The notes below the pieces were generated by a model. That model was given only the letters and a program-made list of their open reading frames with translations, was not told the origin of the DNA and did no database searches. A stretch of 64,000 nt of DNA, taken from the NCBI GenBank assembly GCA_965224085.1, contig CBDCYI010000005.1:1440001-1504000 (forward strand), written 5' to 3'. The stretch comes from Candidatus Marinacidobacterales bacterium. Lineage in GTDB: Bacteria > Acidobacteriota > Vicinamibacteria > Marinacidobacterales > SMYC01. The position numbers and the translations under genes are program-made. This document shows, piece by piece, positions 38,743 through 47,629 of this stretch; within the stretch, counting starts at the first letter, position 1; each line of letters opens with the position of its first letter.

Positions 38743-39268
38743 TAGTTAGGAACTTCTCGAGCCCGGGAGCGCCGATCTGCTTCGGGACCTGCATATGGCC
38801 GAGATTCTGCCAGCTCGATGGGCCGACGCGAACGAAAATGTCGACGGTGACTTCCTCCCATTTCTCATTGACAAACATTTGCTCGGGGGCGTCCTTGGAG
38901 ATGACATTCTTGTCCGAACGGAGGGTGATCACATCGGAAGCTTCGCCGGGTTTTATGGGCTCTTCGGAGACCGAGTAAGTGAAGGCGTTACCCCAGGGTT
39001 CGTCGGGCAAAAGCTCTCGCTTGAAGACGGCCATGGCTTGAATGTAGCCGACTTCTTGCTCCGCACGGTTCATCACGCGGAAGCGAACGACGGGATGAAT
39101 AAAGTTGTTCCCTTCCTCGTCCTTCCCAAGGACCGCCCAATAGGATGTGAAGTCCTCGAGACGCAGGTTCTGAAGCAGTGCCTCGCTCTCGGCATCCGTG
39201 CACGACACCGCAGAGAGCGAAAGGACTCCGGCCAAAAATTGACAGAGCACAACGCGCTTCATTAACAT
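38699..39268 (-). CDS. Hypothetical lipoprotein whose C-terminus is supplied by the IS
   Basis: Signal peptide with AVSC lipobox; the frame enters the IS at 38742, so the last ~14 residues are IS-derived. Confidence 0.65.
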   Translation of the reverse strand: MLMKRVVLCQFLAGVLSLSAVSCTDAESEALLQNLRLEDFTSYWAVLGKDEEGNNFIHPVVRFRVMNRAEQEVGYIQAMAVFKRELLPDEPWGNAFTYSVSEEPIKPGEASDVITLRSDKNVISKDAPEQMFVNEKWEEVTVDIFVRVGPSSWQNLGHMQVPKQIGAPGLEKFLTSTRPDRCKRLRKKG

Positions 39269-39384
39269 TCCACGCTTCCAGCGAGACGTATGCCAGCGAG
39301 ACGTATATTAGCTGCAATTGACCCGTTGGTCGCCCGCCTCTTTAGGCCGATTATACTCCACCGCCGCGCCGGAAAGTCCCGCAA

Positions 39385-40326
39385 GTGATCGAAGTCGAGA
39401 ACGTCACCAAAGAATACGGGACTTTCACAGCGGTCAAGAACCTGAGTTTCTCAGTGGGCCGGGGCGAGATCCTCGGTTTTCTCGGTCCGAACGGCGCGGG
39501 CAAGACGACGACCATGCGCGTTCTGACCGGATTCTTTCCGCCCACGACAGGCGCAGCTCGCGTCGCCGGCCACGACGTTGTCGAGGCGCCTCTCGAAGCA
39601 AAAGCGAAGATCGGCTATCTGCCCGAGAATCCGCCGCTCTACCCGGAAATGAGCGTGCTCGACTATCTGCGCTTCGCCGCCCAAATCAAAGGCGTGGCTA
39701 GGAAAGTGCGGGCATCGCGGGTGGATGGCGTGGTCGAGCGATGTCAATTGCAGGAAGTCCGCGACAAGCTGACGGGGCATTTGTCGAAAGGCTACCGCCA
39801 GCGAGTCGGGATCGCCCAAGCCCTCGTCCACGACCCCGAGGTGCTCGTCCTCGACGAGCCCACGGCCGGGCTCGATCCTAAGCAAATCGGCGAGACGCGC
39901 GAACTCATCAAGACCCTCGGCGGCGATCACACCGTGATCTTGTCGACCCACATACTTCCCGAAGTCTCGATAACGTGCGACCACGTTGCAATCATCAACC
40001 GTGGGCAGCTCGTGGCCCACGGAACGCCCGAAAGCCTCACCGAGCAGTTTCGTACCACGAGCGTGGTCGACATCACCGTGCAAGGCGAGCCCGCGAATGT
40101 CGCGGACGTGCTTTCGAGCTTCACAGACGTCTTGGGTTTCGAAAGACAGGAGCGCGGCGAAACGGGAGCGACCTCGTGGCGTCTTGAGATCGCCGAAGGC
40201 GCCGACGTGCGACGCGCTCTCTCCGAGCAGATCGTCGCACGAGGGCTCGGTCTTGTCGAGCTCCGCCGGTCGGGCGTCATCCTCGAGGAGATCTACCTCC
40301 GCGCCATCAGCGAGGTCGATCAATAG
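39385..40326 (+). CDS. ABC transporter ATP-binding protein (GldA-like)
   Basis: GPNGAGKTT, LSKGYRQRVG, LDEPT, STH. Confidence 0.93.
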   Translation: MIEVENVTKEYGTFTAVKNLSFSVGRGEILGFLGPNGAGKTTTMRVLTGFFPPTTGAARVAGHDVVEAPLEAKAKIGYLPENPPLYPEMSVLDYLRFAAQIKGVARKVRASRVDGVVERCQLQEVRDKLTGHLSKGYRQRVGIAQALVHDPEVLVLDEPTAGLDPKQIGETRELIKTLGGDHTVILSTHILPEVSITCDHVAIINRGQLVAHGTPESLTEQFRTTSVVDITVQGEPANVADVLSSFTDVLGFERQERGETGATSWRLEIAEGADVRRALSEQIVARGLGLVELRRSGVILEEIYLRAISEVDQ

Positions 40327-41079
40327 ATGGGCAATATCTGGGCGCTCGTGGGCCGCGAGCTTAACGCCTATTTCGCTTCACTGATAGGTTACGTTACGCT
40401 CGCGCTGTTCTTGTTCTTCTACGGTTTCTATTTCTACGGGGAGCTCGAGATTTTCATAGACCCGAGGCGCGCAGCGGCGGGGCAGGTTCTGAACGTCAAC
40501 CAGGACATGATCCGATGGCTCCTGCACACGACTGCGTTCGTCATCTTGTTTCTCCTCCCCCTCGTCACGATGCGATCCTTCGCAGAGGAGCTGCGCTCGG
40601 GCACCATCGAGCTTCTATTCACTTCGCCGCTCACCGACTTAGAGATCGTGCTCGGTAAGTTCTTCGGCGCGCTCGCGCTCTATGTCATCATGCTCGGCGC
40701 GACGCTCGCCCATATCGGCATCCTCTTCTATTTCGGCGACCCGGAATGGAAGCCTATCGTCGTCGGCTATTTAGGGCTTTTTCTTCTAGGCGCGGGCTAT
40801 ATCGCGTTCGGCCTCCTGTTCAGCAGCATGACGAAAAACCAGATCATCGCGGGTTTCATGGCGTTCAACTTGTTCGTCTTTCTATACCTGATCGAGTTCG
40901 CCGAGTCGTGGGGCGGGTGGGCGGCGAGCGTCGTGCCCTATCTCTCCGTCAGCCGTCATCTCGCGGAGTTCGCGAAAGGTGTTCTCGACACGCGCGACAT
41001 CGTCTACTATCTCTCTTTCATCGGCTTCGGGTTGTTTCTCACGAAGCAAAGCATCGAGTCCTATCGGTGGCGCGGTTAG
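40327..41079 (+). CDS. ABC-2 permease (GldF-like)
   Basis: RELNAYF, TMRSFAEE..SGTIELL.TSP, GKFFG, NQIIA; 6 TM. Confidence 0.9.
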   Translation: MGNIWALVGRELNAYFASLIGYVTLALFLFFYGFYFYGELEIFIDPRRAAAGQVLNVNQDMIRWLLHTTAFVILFLLPLVTMRSFAEELRSGTIELLFTSPLTDLEIVLGKFFGALALYVIMLGATLAHIGILFYFGDPEWKPIVVGYLGLFLLGAGYIAFGLLFSSMTKNQIIAGFMAFNLFVFLYLIEFAESWGGWAASVVPYLSVSRHLAEFAKGVLDTRDIVYYLSFIGFGLFLTKQSIESYRWRG

Positions 41080-42641
41080 TGAAAAAGCTCACGCCTTACG
41101 TCGGCGCGCTCGGCCTCGGCTTCTTGGTCGCGGGCGTGCTGCTACTCGCTATGGAGCGGCAAAGCGAGACTTACTGGGCAGGCTTTCTCATCGCGGGCCT
41201 CGCGTGCTCCGCATTCACCATCGCGTCTCGCTTCTCGGAGCTCCGCGGTTTGTTCGGGCGCCGAAGCGCGAAACGGGGCGCGAATGCGGTGATGCTCATC
41301 GTGATCGTGGCAGGTATCGTCGTCCTCGTGAACATCATCGCCGACCAGCAAGCCACGCAGTGGGATTTTACCGCCGCGCAGCAATATTCGCTCTCGGAGC
41401 AGACGGTGAAGATCCTGGGGGAGCTCGCGACTGACAGCGAGATCGAGATAGTGCTGCTCGACCGCCGCGGGACAGAGCAGCAGCTGCGCGCAAGCGACCT
41501 GCTGCAACTCTACGACGCCGCGAGCTCGCGCGTGCACGTGAGCGTCATCGACCCTGAAGCGGAGCCCGAGCGAGCGCTCACCTATACGAACCCCACTGAG
41601 CCCGGCGTCACCCTGGGAACGATTATCGTAGCCGCAACAGGACGCACACAGCGAGCCACAGCCGCCACCGAACCGGAAGTGACCAACGCCATCATCCGCG
41701 TATTGAAGACAGAGACGAAGAAGATCTATTTCACGTCGGGGCATCAGGAGAAAGATCCGCTCGAGACCGACGCGAACGGCATCTCTGGAATCGCGTCGAA
41801 GCTCGAGGATTCGGCATACGCGATCGAGACCCTCGTGATCGCTCGGTCGCAATCCAAAGAGGCGCTTCGGCTCCCGGAAGACGCCGCGGCCATCGTCGTG
41901 GCAGGGCCACAAACGGATTTCCTCGATGAAGAGCTCGACGCTCTTCAGCTTTATCTCGACGGCGGCGGGAGCGCCATTTTTCTCGTCGACCCGGAGACCC
42001 AAAGCGTCACACCGGAGCTCGAGGCCTTTCTCGTCGAGCAAGGTATTGTTCTTGGAAACGACGTCGTCGTCGACGCGCTCGCTCAGCCGCCCGTCTATCC
42101 CGTCGTTCAAAGCTACGGGCTGCACCCCATCGTCGAGAGCTTCGGCAACGTGATGAGCATCTTTCCTCTCGCGCGGAGCGTCACGACCGCTTCTGAGCGA
42201 CCCGAAGGGTCCGAGATCCGCGAGCTGTTCACGACCGCCGACGAGAACAGTTGGGCGGAGACCCGACTCGAAGAGCTCGCCGAAAGACGTGGCCCGACGC
42301 CGGAGCAATCGCTCGGACCCATCGGGCTGGCCGTGGCCGCGACAATTCCACGCGGCCCCCGCGACGAGGAGACCGCCTCGCGTCTCGTCGTCGTGGGCGA
42401 TTCGGATTTCATCGCCAACGAGCTTACTTCGGCGCCGCTGCTGAACGCCGACTTGTTCTTGAACATGACGAATTGGGTCGCACAGGACGAAGATCTCATC
42501 TCCATTCGTCCGCGCGAGCCCGAAGACCGCAGGATCGCTCTCAGCGCGCGCGCGCGCACCAACGTCTTTTTTCTTTCGCTCTTCATCATTCCCGGTGTCG
42601 TCGCGGTCACGGGCGTCTCCGCCTGGTGGGGGCGGCGCTAG
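41079..42641 (+). CDS. GldG-family ABC auxiliary component
   Basis: GTG start overlapping the permease stop; WDFT....YSLSEQT, IYFTSGHQE, VVGDSDF, NWVAQDEDLISIRP. Confidence 0.88.
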   Translation: MKKLTPYVGALGLGFLVAGVLLLAMERQSETYWAGFLIAGLACSAFTIASRFSELRGLFGRRSAKRGANAVMLIVIVAGIVVLVNIIADQQATQWDFTAAQQYSLSEQTVKILGELATDSEIEIVLLDRRGTEQQLRASDLLQLYDAASSRVHVSVIDPEAEPERALTYTNPTEPGVTLGTIIVAATGRTQRATAATEPEVTNAIIRVLKTETKKIYFTSGHQEKDPLETDANGISGIASKLEDSAYAIETLVIARSQSKEALRLPEDAAAIVVAGPQTDFLDEELDALQLYLDGGGSAIFLVDPETQSVTPELEAFLVEQGIVLGNDVVVDALAQPPVYPVVQSYGLHPIVESFGNVMSIFPLARSVTTASERPEGSEIRELFTTADENSWAETRLEELAERRGPTPEQSLGPIGLAVAATIPRGPRDEETASRLVVVGDSDFIANELTSAPLLNADLFLNMTNWVAQDEDLISIRPREPEDRRIALSARARTNVFFLSLFIIPGVVAVTGVSAWWGRR

Positions 42642-42650
42642 TACCCATCG

Positions 42651-43937
42651 ATGAAACGTTCGACCGTGCTCGCGGCCGTCGTGCTCTTCTTGCTGGCCGG
42701 CTATGCCTATTGGCTAAAGCCAAACGCCGCGCGCGACGAAAGCATCGAGACCGTCTTCGACGTCGCGACGGACGCTATCGCACGCGTCGAGATCCGGCGC
42801 GCCGACGAGGACGGCGTCATCGTCGCGCGAGAAGACGGGACATGGCGTGTCGTGTCCCCCATCAACGCCCTTGCCGATGCGAGCGAAGTCGAGCTCGTAC
42901 TAGAGAACCTTGCGACGATGGCGCTCGAACGAGCGATCCCTACCGAAGCTGCAACGGACCGCGGCGCCTTCGGCATCGAAACACCCCGTCTCGAAGTCCG
43001 GTTCTTCACCGCCGACGGGGCCGAGCACGGTCTTCGTTTCGGAAAGGACACACTCACCCCAGCGAACCAGTACGCGGAGCGCATCGACGACGCGGCCGTG
43101 CTCGTCGTCGCCTCCGTGCTCTCGAATAACTTGGGAAAGACCGCGTGGGACCTTCGGGACAAAGCCATCTTCAACGTGCGCGAAGACGTCTCCGCAAAAC
43201 ACATCTCCGTGCGCCGCCCCGACGACAGGCTCGTGCTCGAGCGCGAGGGCGAGCGTTGGATAGTCACAACGCCGCCCCGAGCGCGCGCGAATCGCTTCTA
43301 CGTCACGGGCTTCGTGTCCCGTTTTCGGCGCGCCGAAATGGTCGATGTAGCCGCGGAGACGGCCGAAGATCTTTCCGAGTACGGCCTCGCCTCGCCCCGG
43401 CTAATTCTCCGCATCGAGCTCGATGAAGGAGAGCCGATCGTGCTCGAAGTGGGAAACAAAAACGTGCTCGACTATTTCGCCCGGAACCCGTCACGGCCGC
43501 CCGTCTTCTTGCTCGAGGCGGGCCTCGTGGAAAAGCTCAAGCAAGACGCGCGCGAGCTCTGGTCCACCAGGCTCTTCGACACACCGGCATACGAAGTGAC
43601 GCGGTTTCAGATCAACGCTCGCCGCGTGGAACAGGCGACAACGGATGCGGGCGACCTATGGCGCGAGGCGGGGACCGAGCTAGACAAGAAAACCGTCGAC
43701 GAGTTCCTCTCGAAGCTCACGGCTATCGAAGCGACTGATATTCGACCCGAAGCGCCTCCGTTCGAGCCCATAACCACCATCACCCTCTGGACCGAGACGG
43801 CCGAGGAGGAGATCAAGGTAGGTAAGGAGAAAGACGATACCGTGATCGCCCAACGACGCGGCGACGCCGTAACGCTAGAGCTCAACTTGGAGACGTGGCG
43901 CGAGATCGAAGCGCTCCTGAACCTCGATCCGGTCTGA
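42651..43937 (+). CDS. DUF4340 domain protein
   Basis: N-terminal TM; repeated W...P...AD and FGI..P / YGL..P units; typical position after gldG. Confidence 0.8.
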   Translation: MKRSTVLAAVVLFLLAGYAYWLKPNAARDESIETVFDVATDAIARVEIRRADEDGVIVAREDGTWRVVSPINALADASEVELVLENLATMALERAIPTEAATDRGAFGIETPRLEVRFFTADGAEHGLRFGKDTLTPANQYAERIDDAAVLVVASVLSNNLGKTAWDLRDKAIFNVREDVSAKHISVRRPDDRLVLEREGERWIVTTPPRARANRFYVTGFVSRFRRAEMVDVAAETAEDLSEYGLASPRLILRIELDEGEPIVLEVGNKNVLDYFARNPSRPPVFLLEAGLVEKLKQDARELWSTRLFDTPAYEVTRFQINARRVEQATTDAGDLWREAGTELDKKTVDEFLSKLTAIEATDIRPEAPPFEPITTITLWTETAEEEIKVGKEKDDTVIAQRRGDAVTLELNLETWREIEALLNLDPV

Positions 43938-43996
43938 ATTCGCTGTTTTGAGAGCGGTCCAATTAAGAAAAGCGTTTTCTGCGTTACGCTTTTTCA

Positions 43997-44824
43997 CTAC
44001 TGATCGTTTTTCGCGGTAAACAAGTCTTTTGCGCGCTCTGCGGCTTTCACCACCGCCTTGATCAGCGTGACGCGGAGCTTGCCTTCTTCGAGCTCGAGTA
44101 GGCCGTCGATCGTACAGCCGGCTGGCGTCGTGACCTCGTCTTTGAGGAGCGCCGGATGTGCGCCGGTTGCAAGGACTTGCTCGGCGGCGCCTTTGGCCGT
44201 TTGAGCGGCAAGAAGCGTCGCCGTTTCGCGCGGAAGGCCGAGCTTGACGCCCGCTTCGGCGATCGATTCGAGGATTACGTAGATATAGGCGGGTCCGCTC
44301 GCCGAAAGACTGGTGACGGCGTTCATGTGCCGCTCGTCCATGACGACGGTGCGTCCGACCGTATCGAACAAACGCCCGGCCAGAGCGACATCGTCGTCTC
44401 GGGCCGCCGCGCCGGGGCAGAGCACCGTCATGCCGCTTCCGACCGCGCATGGGGTGTTCGGCATGGCACGGATGACGGGAACACCGGGAAAGAAACGCTC
44501 GATAGCCGTATTGGGAACCCCGGCCAGTATCGAGATGATGAGCGTGTTCTTCGAAACGCTCCCGCGAATCGTCTCGCAGACATCCTCCATGACTTGCGGC
44601 TTGACCGCGAGGAGCAAGATGTCCGCACCGGAAGTCGCGGCGGCGCTGTCGGTATGGACCGGGAACGGGTGCTTCTTGTCCAGCATCTGGGCGCGCTCGA
44701 CGTGGCGTACAGTGCACACGATATCTTTGGGTAGAATCAACCCGCGGGCGATGAAGGCCTCCGCGAGAAGACCGCCGAGCTTTCCGAGCCCCACGATAGT
44801 CAGCTTCTTATTTATCGTTCCCAT
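43997..44824 (-). CDS. proC: Pyrroline-5-carboxylate reductase
   Basis: GLGKLG, LAVKPQ, RAMPNTP, SASGPAY, VTTPAGCT. Confidence 0.95.
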   Translation of the reverse strand: MGTINKKLTIVGLGKLGGLLAEAFIARGLILPKDIVCTVRHVERAQMLDKKHPFPVHTDSAAATSGADILLLAVKPQVMEDVCETIRGSVSKNTLIISILAGVPNTAIERFFPGVPVIRAMPNTPCAVGSGMTVLCPGAAARDDDVALAGRLFDTVGRTVVMDERHMNAVTSLSASGPAYIYVILESIAEAGVKLGLPRETATLLAAQTAKGAAEQVLATGAHPALLKDEVTTPAGCTIDGLLELEEGKLRVTLIKAVVKAAERAKDLFTAKNDQ

Positions 44825-44837
44825 CCGTTCATTGTAT

Positions 44838-46094
44838 CTACGATTCGCGGTCGACGGGCCGCGTATCGATGAGGCTCGCGCGCTTCACGCTGCCTTTGCC
44901 GAAGCGTTCTTCGAGACGATCCTTGGCGAGCGAGAGGCGATCGCTCTTGGCATACTTAGACTCAATTTCATTCCGTCCAAACAAAGAGAGCTGGCGCGAC
45001 GCGCTGGGCTTTTCGAGCTTCGAGAGACTGATCCCGAGTAGACGGATCTTTTTGTCTTTGCCGCGAACGCGCTCGACTTGCGCCATCGCGACGTCGAATA
45101 TTTCTTTGGCGTCGGCGGTAGGCTCCGGCAGCGTGCGCGAGCGTGTCTCGGTCACGAAATCGGCGTCGCGAAATTTCAACGTCACCGTTTTGCCTCGCAC
45201 ATCGTGCTTTCGCAGCCGAGTGGCGACCGCTTCGGCGAGATTCAGTAGCGTGGTCTGCATCACTTCGGGGTCGTCGGTATCTTCGAGAAAAGTCGTCTCG
45301 TGTCCGATCGACTTCGCTTCGTGATGAGGGATCACTTCTCGCGCGTCGATACCGCGCGAGAGCTTCAGGATGTGATCGCCGTGTTTTCCCATCGGGAGAC
45401 CACCCGGCTCGATCCGCCAAAGATCTCGGATCGCGCGACAGCCGAGCTCGTGGAGACGCTCGGCGGTCTTCGGCCCGACACCCCAGAGTCGTTCCACCGG
45501 GAGCGGCGCGAGAAAATCGAGCTCCTCACCGGGCGCTACAACGACGAGACCGTCGGGCTTTTCGAGGTCGGAGGCAATTTTCGCGAGAAATTTGTTCGGC
45601 GCTACTCCGATCGACGCTTTGAGCTGCACTTGCTGAAAGATGTTCTCTTTGACCTCCTGCGCGAGGACCTTTCCTTTCTCCGGACGGCAAATCACCGAAA
45701 CGTCGACAAAAGCTTCGTCTATCGAAAGCGGCTCGACGGAGTCGCTGTAGCTTCTCAAGATCGACATGATGGTCTTCGAGACGGCGCTGTACTGCTTCAT
45801 CCTCCCGCGAAGATAAACGCCTTGCGGGCAAAGCCGATAAGCGCGCCCAATGGGCATCGCGGAATAGACACCAAACTGGCGCGCTTCGTAGGACGAAGCC
45901 GCCACGACCCCCCGCCCAGCACCACCCTTGGGATCGGCCCCGACAATGACCGGCTTGCCCCGAATCTCCGGATGATCCCGCTGCTCCACAGACGTGTAGA
46001 ACGCGTCCATGTCTACATGGAAGATCGTGCGGCATTCAGCTATCAACATTGAGCGGCATTCAGCATTCAAGGGCAGGCACCGGGATCCAGCCAT
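44838..46094 (-). CDS. dinB: DNA polymerase IV (Y family); start uncertain (46094 or 46049)
   Basis: HVDMDAFYTSVEQ, SYEARQFGV, LSIDEAF, NKFLAKIASD.EKPDG, WGVG. Confidence 0.93.
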   Translation of the reverse strand: MAGSRCLPLNAECRSMLIAECRTIFHVDMDAFYTSVEQRDHPEIRGKPVIVGADPKGGAGRGVVAASSYEARQFGVYSAMPIGRAYRLCPQGVYLRGRMKQYSAVSKTIMSILRSYSDSVEPLSIDEAFVDVSVICRPEKGKVLAQEVKENIFQQVQLKASIGVAPNKFLAKIASDLEKPDGLVVVAPGEELDFLAPLPVERLWGVGPKTAERLHELGCRAIRDLWRIEPGGLPMGKHGDHILKLSRGIDAREVIPHHEAKSIGHETTFLEDTDDPEVMQTTLLNLAEAVATRLRKHDVRGKTVTLKFRDADFVTETRSRTLPEPTADAKEIFDVAMAQVERVRGKDKKIRLLGISLSKLEKPSASRQLSLFGRNEIESKYAKSDRLSLAKDRLEERFGKGSVKRASLIDTRPVDRES

Positions 46095-46119
46095 CCCAGA
46101 GGGTTCATCTGCCTCCTAG

Positions 46120-46151
46120 TCAGGTGAATATCAGGAGAATATCAGGAAAAT
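46120..46151. promoter_or_regulatory. Triple 11-bp direct repeat upstream of dinB (possible SOS operator)
   Basis: TCAGGTGAATA TCAGGAGAATA TCAGGAAAAT. Confidence 0.5.
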
Positions 46152-46202
46152 CGAACGATCCGCCAGAAACTTCGATCTGACGCCGAGTTTACAGGTGCAC
46201 GC

Positions 46203-46421
46203 TCAGTGGCCCAGTTTCTTGCAGTAGCCGCTGTTTGCGCAGGGCCGTTCGGGCTCGATGACGCACGGTTTTCGGGTGGGGGAATCCAAGTCCTCGTCAC
46301 ATTCCGGGCCCTGGTAGATCTCGAGAAGCGCCGCGTGAACGCGGGCCGGTGGGGGCCTGTCCAGTCGCTTTTCGAGCTCGGCGCGCACCAGCGCTCGAAC
46401 GCGCGCGCGGTCGATGCTCAT
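46203..46421 (-). CDS. Small Cys-rich BMC-associated protein with encapsulation-peptide-like N-terminal helix
   Basis: ATGA overlap with the last BMC-P gene; IDRARVRALVRAELEKRL amphipathic helix; C-x10-C-x7-C-x5-C then terminal LGH. Confidence 0.7.
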   Translation of the reverse strand: MSIDRARVRALVRAELEKRLDRPPPARVHAALLEIYQGPECDEDLDSPTRKPCVIEPERPCANSGYCKKLGH

Positions 46422-46687
46422 TCGAGCTCCACCGCGTCCACAACCGCCACGATGGCAGCATCGAGCGGACTATCGGCTCGGCCCGAGATCATCGAAGCGC
46501 ACTTACCTTCCTGAACGACGAGCACGCGGTCGCCTTCACCAGCGTCGACGCCATCGACCGTCAGCATCGGGACACCTCGCGCGTCCCCTTCGGGTCCGAT
46601 GGGTTGGACGAGGAGAAGCTTGCGGCCTTCGAGCTTGTGATGCTTCGCCGTCGCGACGACGGCGCCTGTCACGCATCCTAGAATCAC
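46418..46687 (-). CDS. eutN: BMC pentamer (vertex) protein, EutN/CcmL family
   Basis: G.V.G.VVAT.K...L.G.KLL, D..DAGEGDRVL, DAAIVAVVD. Confidence 0.92.
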   Translation of the reverse strand: MILGCVTGAVVATAKHHKLEGRKLLLVQPIGPEGDARGVPMLTVDGVDAGEGDRVLVVQEGKCASMISGRADSPLDAAIVAVVDAVELE

Positions 46688-46956
46688 GAACGCCTCTCTT
46701 CGATGCTATCGACCTTCCCGACAATCCCGGCATCGGCGGGAACGTGATCCGGGAGAAACGGAAAGGAGGCTTCCTTGCCGCGTACGTAGAACACGCGCTC
46801 AGAAACCCCGACACCCACGGCGTCGAGAGCGACGAGGCGCGGTCCGTTCGGCTCGCCCGACGGAGCGAGCGGCTGGATCACGAGAAGCTTCTTGCCTGCG
46901 AGCCCGGGATCTTTGAACGTGGCGACGACGTTGCCGACGACTTTCGCGAGCAGCAT
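46684..46956 (-). CDS. eutN: BMC pentamer (vertex) protein, EutN/CcmL family
   Basis: AKVVGNVVATFK, DAVGVGVSERV, GKEAS, DAGIVGKVD. Confidence 0.92.
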   Translation of the reverse strand: MLLAKVVGNVVATFKDPGLAGKKLLVIQPLAPSGEPNGPRLVALDAVGVGVSERVFYVRGKEASFPFLPDHVPADAGIVGKVDSIEERRS

Positions 46957-46961
46957 GGGCC

Positions 46962-47243
46962 TCAACCGCCTTCGCTTGGCAGCAGATCGATGTCATCCAC
47001 GATCCCGGCGATCGCAGCGTCGACCGGCCGGTCGGTGCAGCCTTCCACCATACGAGCAGAGCTCCCCGAAACTACGAGAACGAGTTCACCGTTACCGGCG
47101 CCCATCGTATCCACCGCGACAACGAAGCTGTCTTTGAGCCGGCCGTCCGGCTCGACAGCTTGCACGACGAGAAGCTTGAACCCCTCGAGGCGTGCGTCTT
47201 TTTGGGTGGCGACGACGGTGCCAGCCACTCTGCCGAGAATCAT
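46962..47243 (-). CDS. eutN: BMC pentamer (vertex) protein, EutN/CcmL family
   Basis: GRVAGTVVATQK, DTMGAGNGELVL, GSSAR, DAAIAGIVD. Confidence 0.93.
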   Translation of the reverse strand: MILGRVAGTVVATQKDARLEGFKLLVVQAVEPDGRLKDSFVVAVDTMGAGNGELVLVVSGSSARMVEGCTDRPVDAAIAGIVDDIDLLPSEGG

Positions 47244-47263
47244 GCGCTAAGCGAGAACCGCGT

Positions 47264-47563
47264 TTACTTGCTGTTGGACTTGCCGATCGGGAGTCGATCT
47301 TCGAGGCTCGAATGCGGCCGCGGGATCACGTGGACCGAAACGAGCTCGCCGACACGCCGCGCCGCGGCGGCACCAGCATCGGTGGCCGCCTTGCATGCCG
47401 CGACGTCGCCGCGGACGATCGCCGTAACGAAACCGGCGCCAATCTTCTCGTAACCGATGAGCGTTACTTTGGCCGCCTTGACCATCGCGTCCGACGCTTC
47501 GATCATCGCCACGAGCCCTTTCGTCTCGATCATTCCAAGAGCTTCACCAAAAGAGTCCGCCAT
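47264..47563 (-). CDS. eutM: BMC hexamer shell protein (EutM/PduA-like)
   Basis: [40 protein letters not shown]. Confidence 0.95.
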   Translation of the reverse strand: MADSFGEALGMIETKGLVAMIEASDAMVKAAKVTLIGYEKIGAGFVTAIVRGDVAACKAATDAGAAAARRVGELVSVHVIPRPHSSLEDRLPIGKSNSK

Positions 47564-47583
47564 GAATCCTCCTAACTAATTAA

Positions 47584-47625
47584 AATGCTGAATGCTGAAT
47601 GCTGAATGCTGAATGCTGAATGCTG
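47584..47625. repeat. Perfect tandem heptamer (AATGCTG)x6
   Basis: Six exact copies between the aldolase stop and the BMC-H ribosome-binding site. Confidence 0.95.
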
Positions 47626-47629
47626 AAAA

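Noticed and set aside
40746-41078. N-terminal extensions of GldG (also LarB from 51995, DnaG from 55454, RpoD from 57133)
   Set aside because: They overlap upstream genes in another frame; coupled starts at 41079, 52247, 55535 and 57286 fit the families.
39385-43937. Evidence for Bacteroidetes-type gliding motility
   Set aside because: GldAFG-like/DUF4340 ABC sets are widespread in non-gliding bacteria; no gldK-N or spr genes here.
47584-47625. CRISPR array
   Set aside because: Contiguous 7-mers with no unique spacers and no cas genes; I saw no repeat-spacer pattern anywhere in the window.
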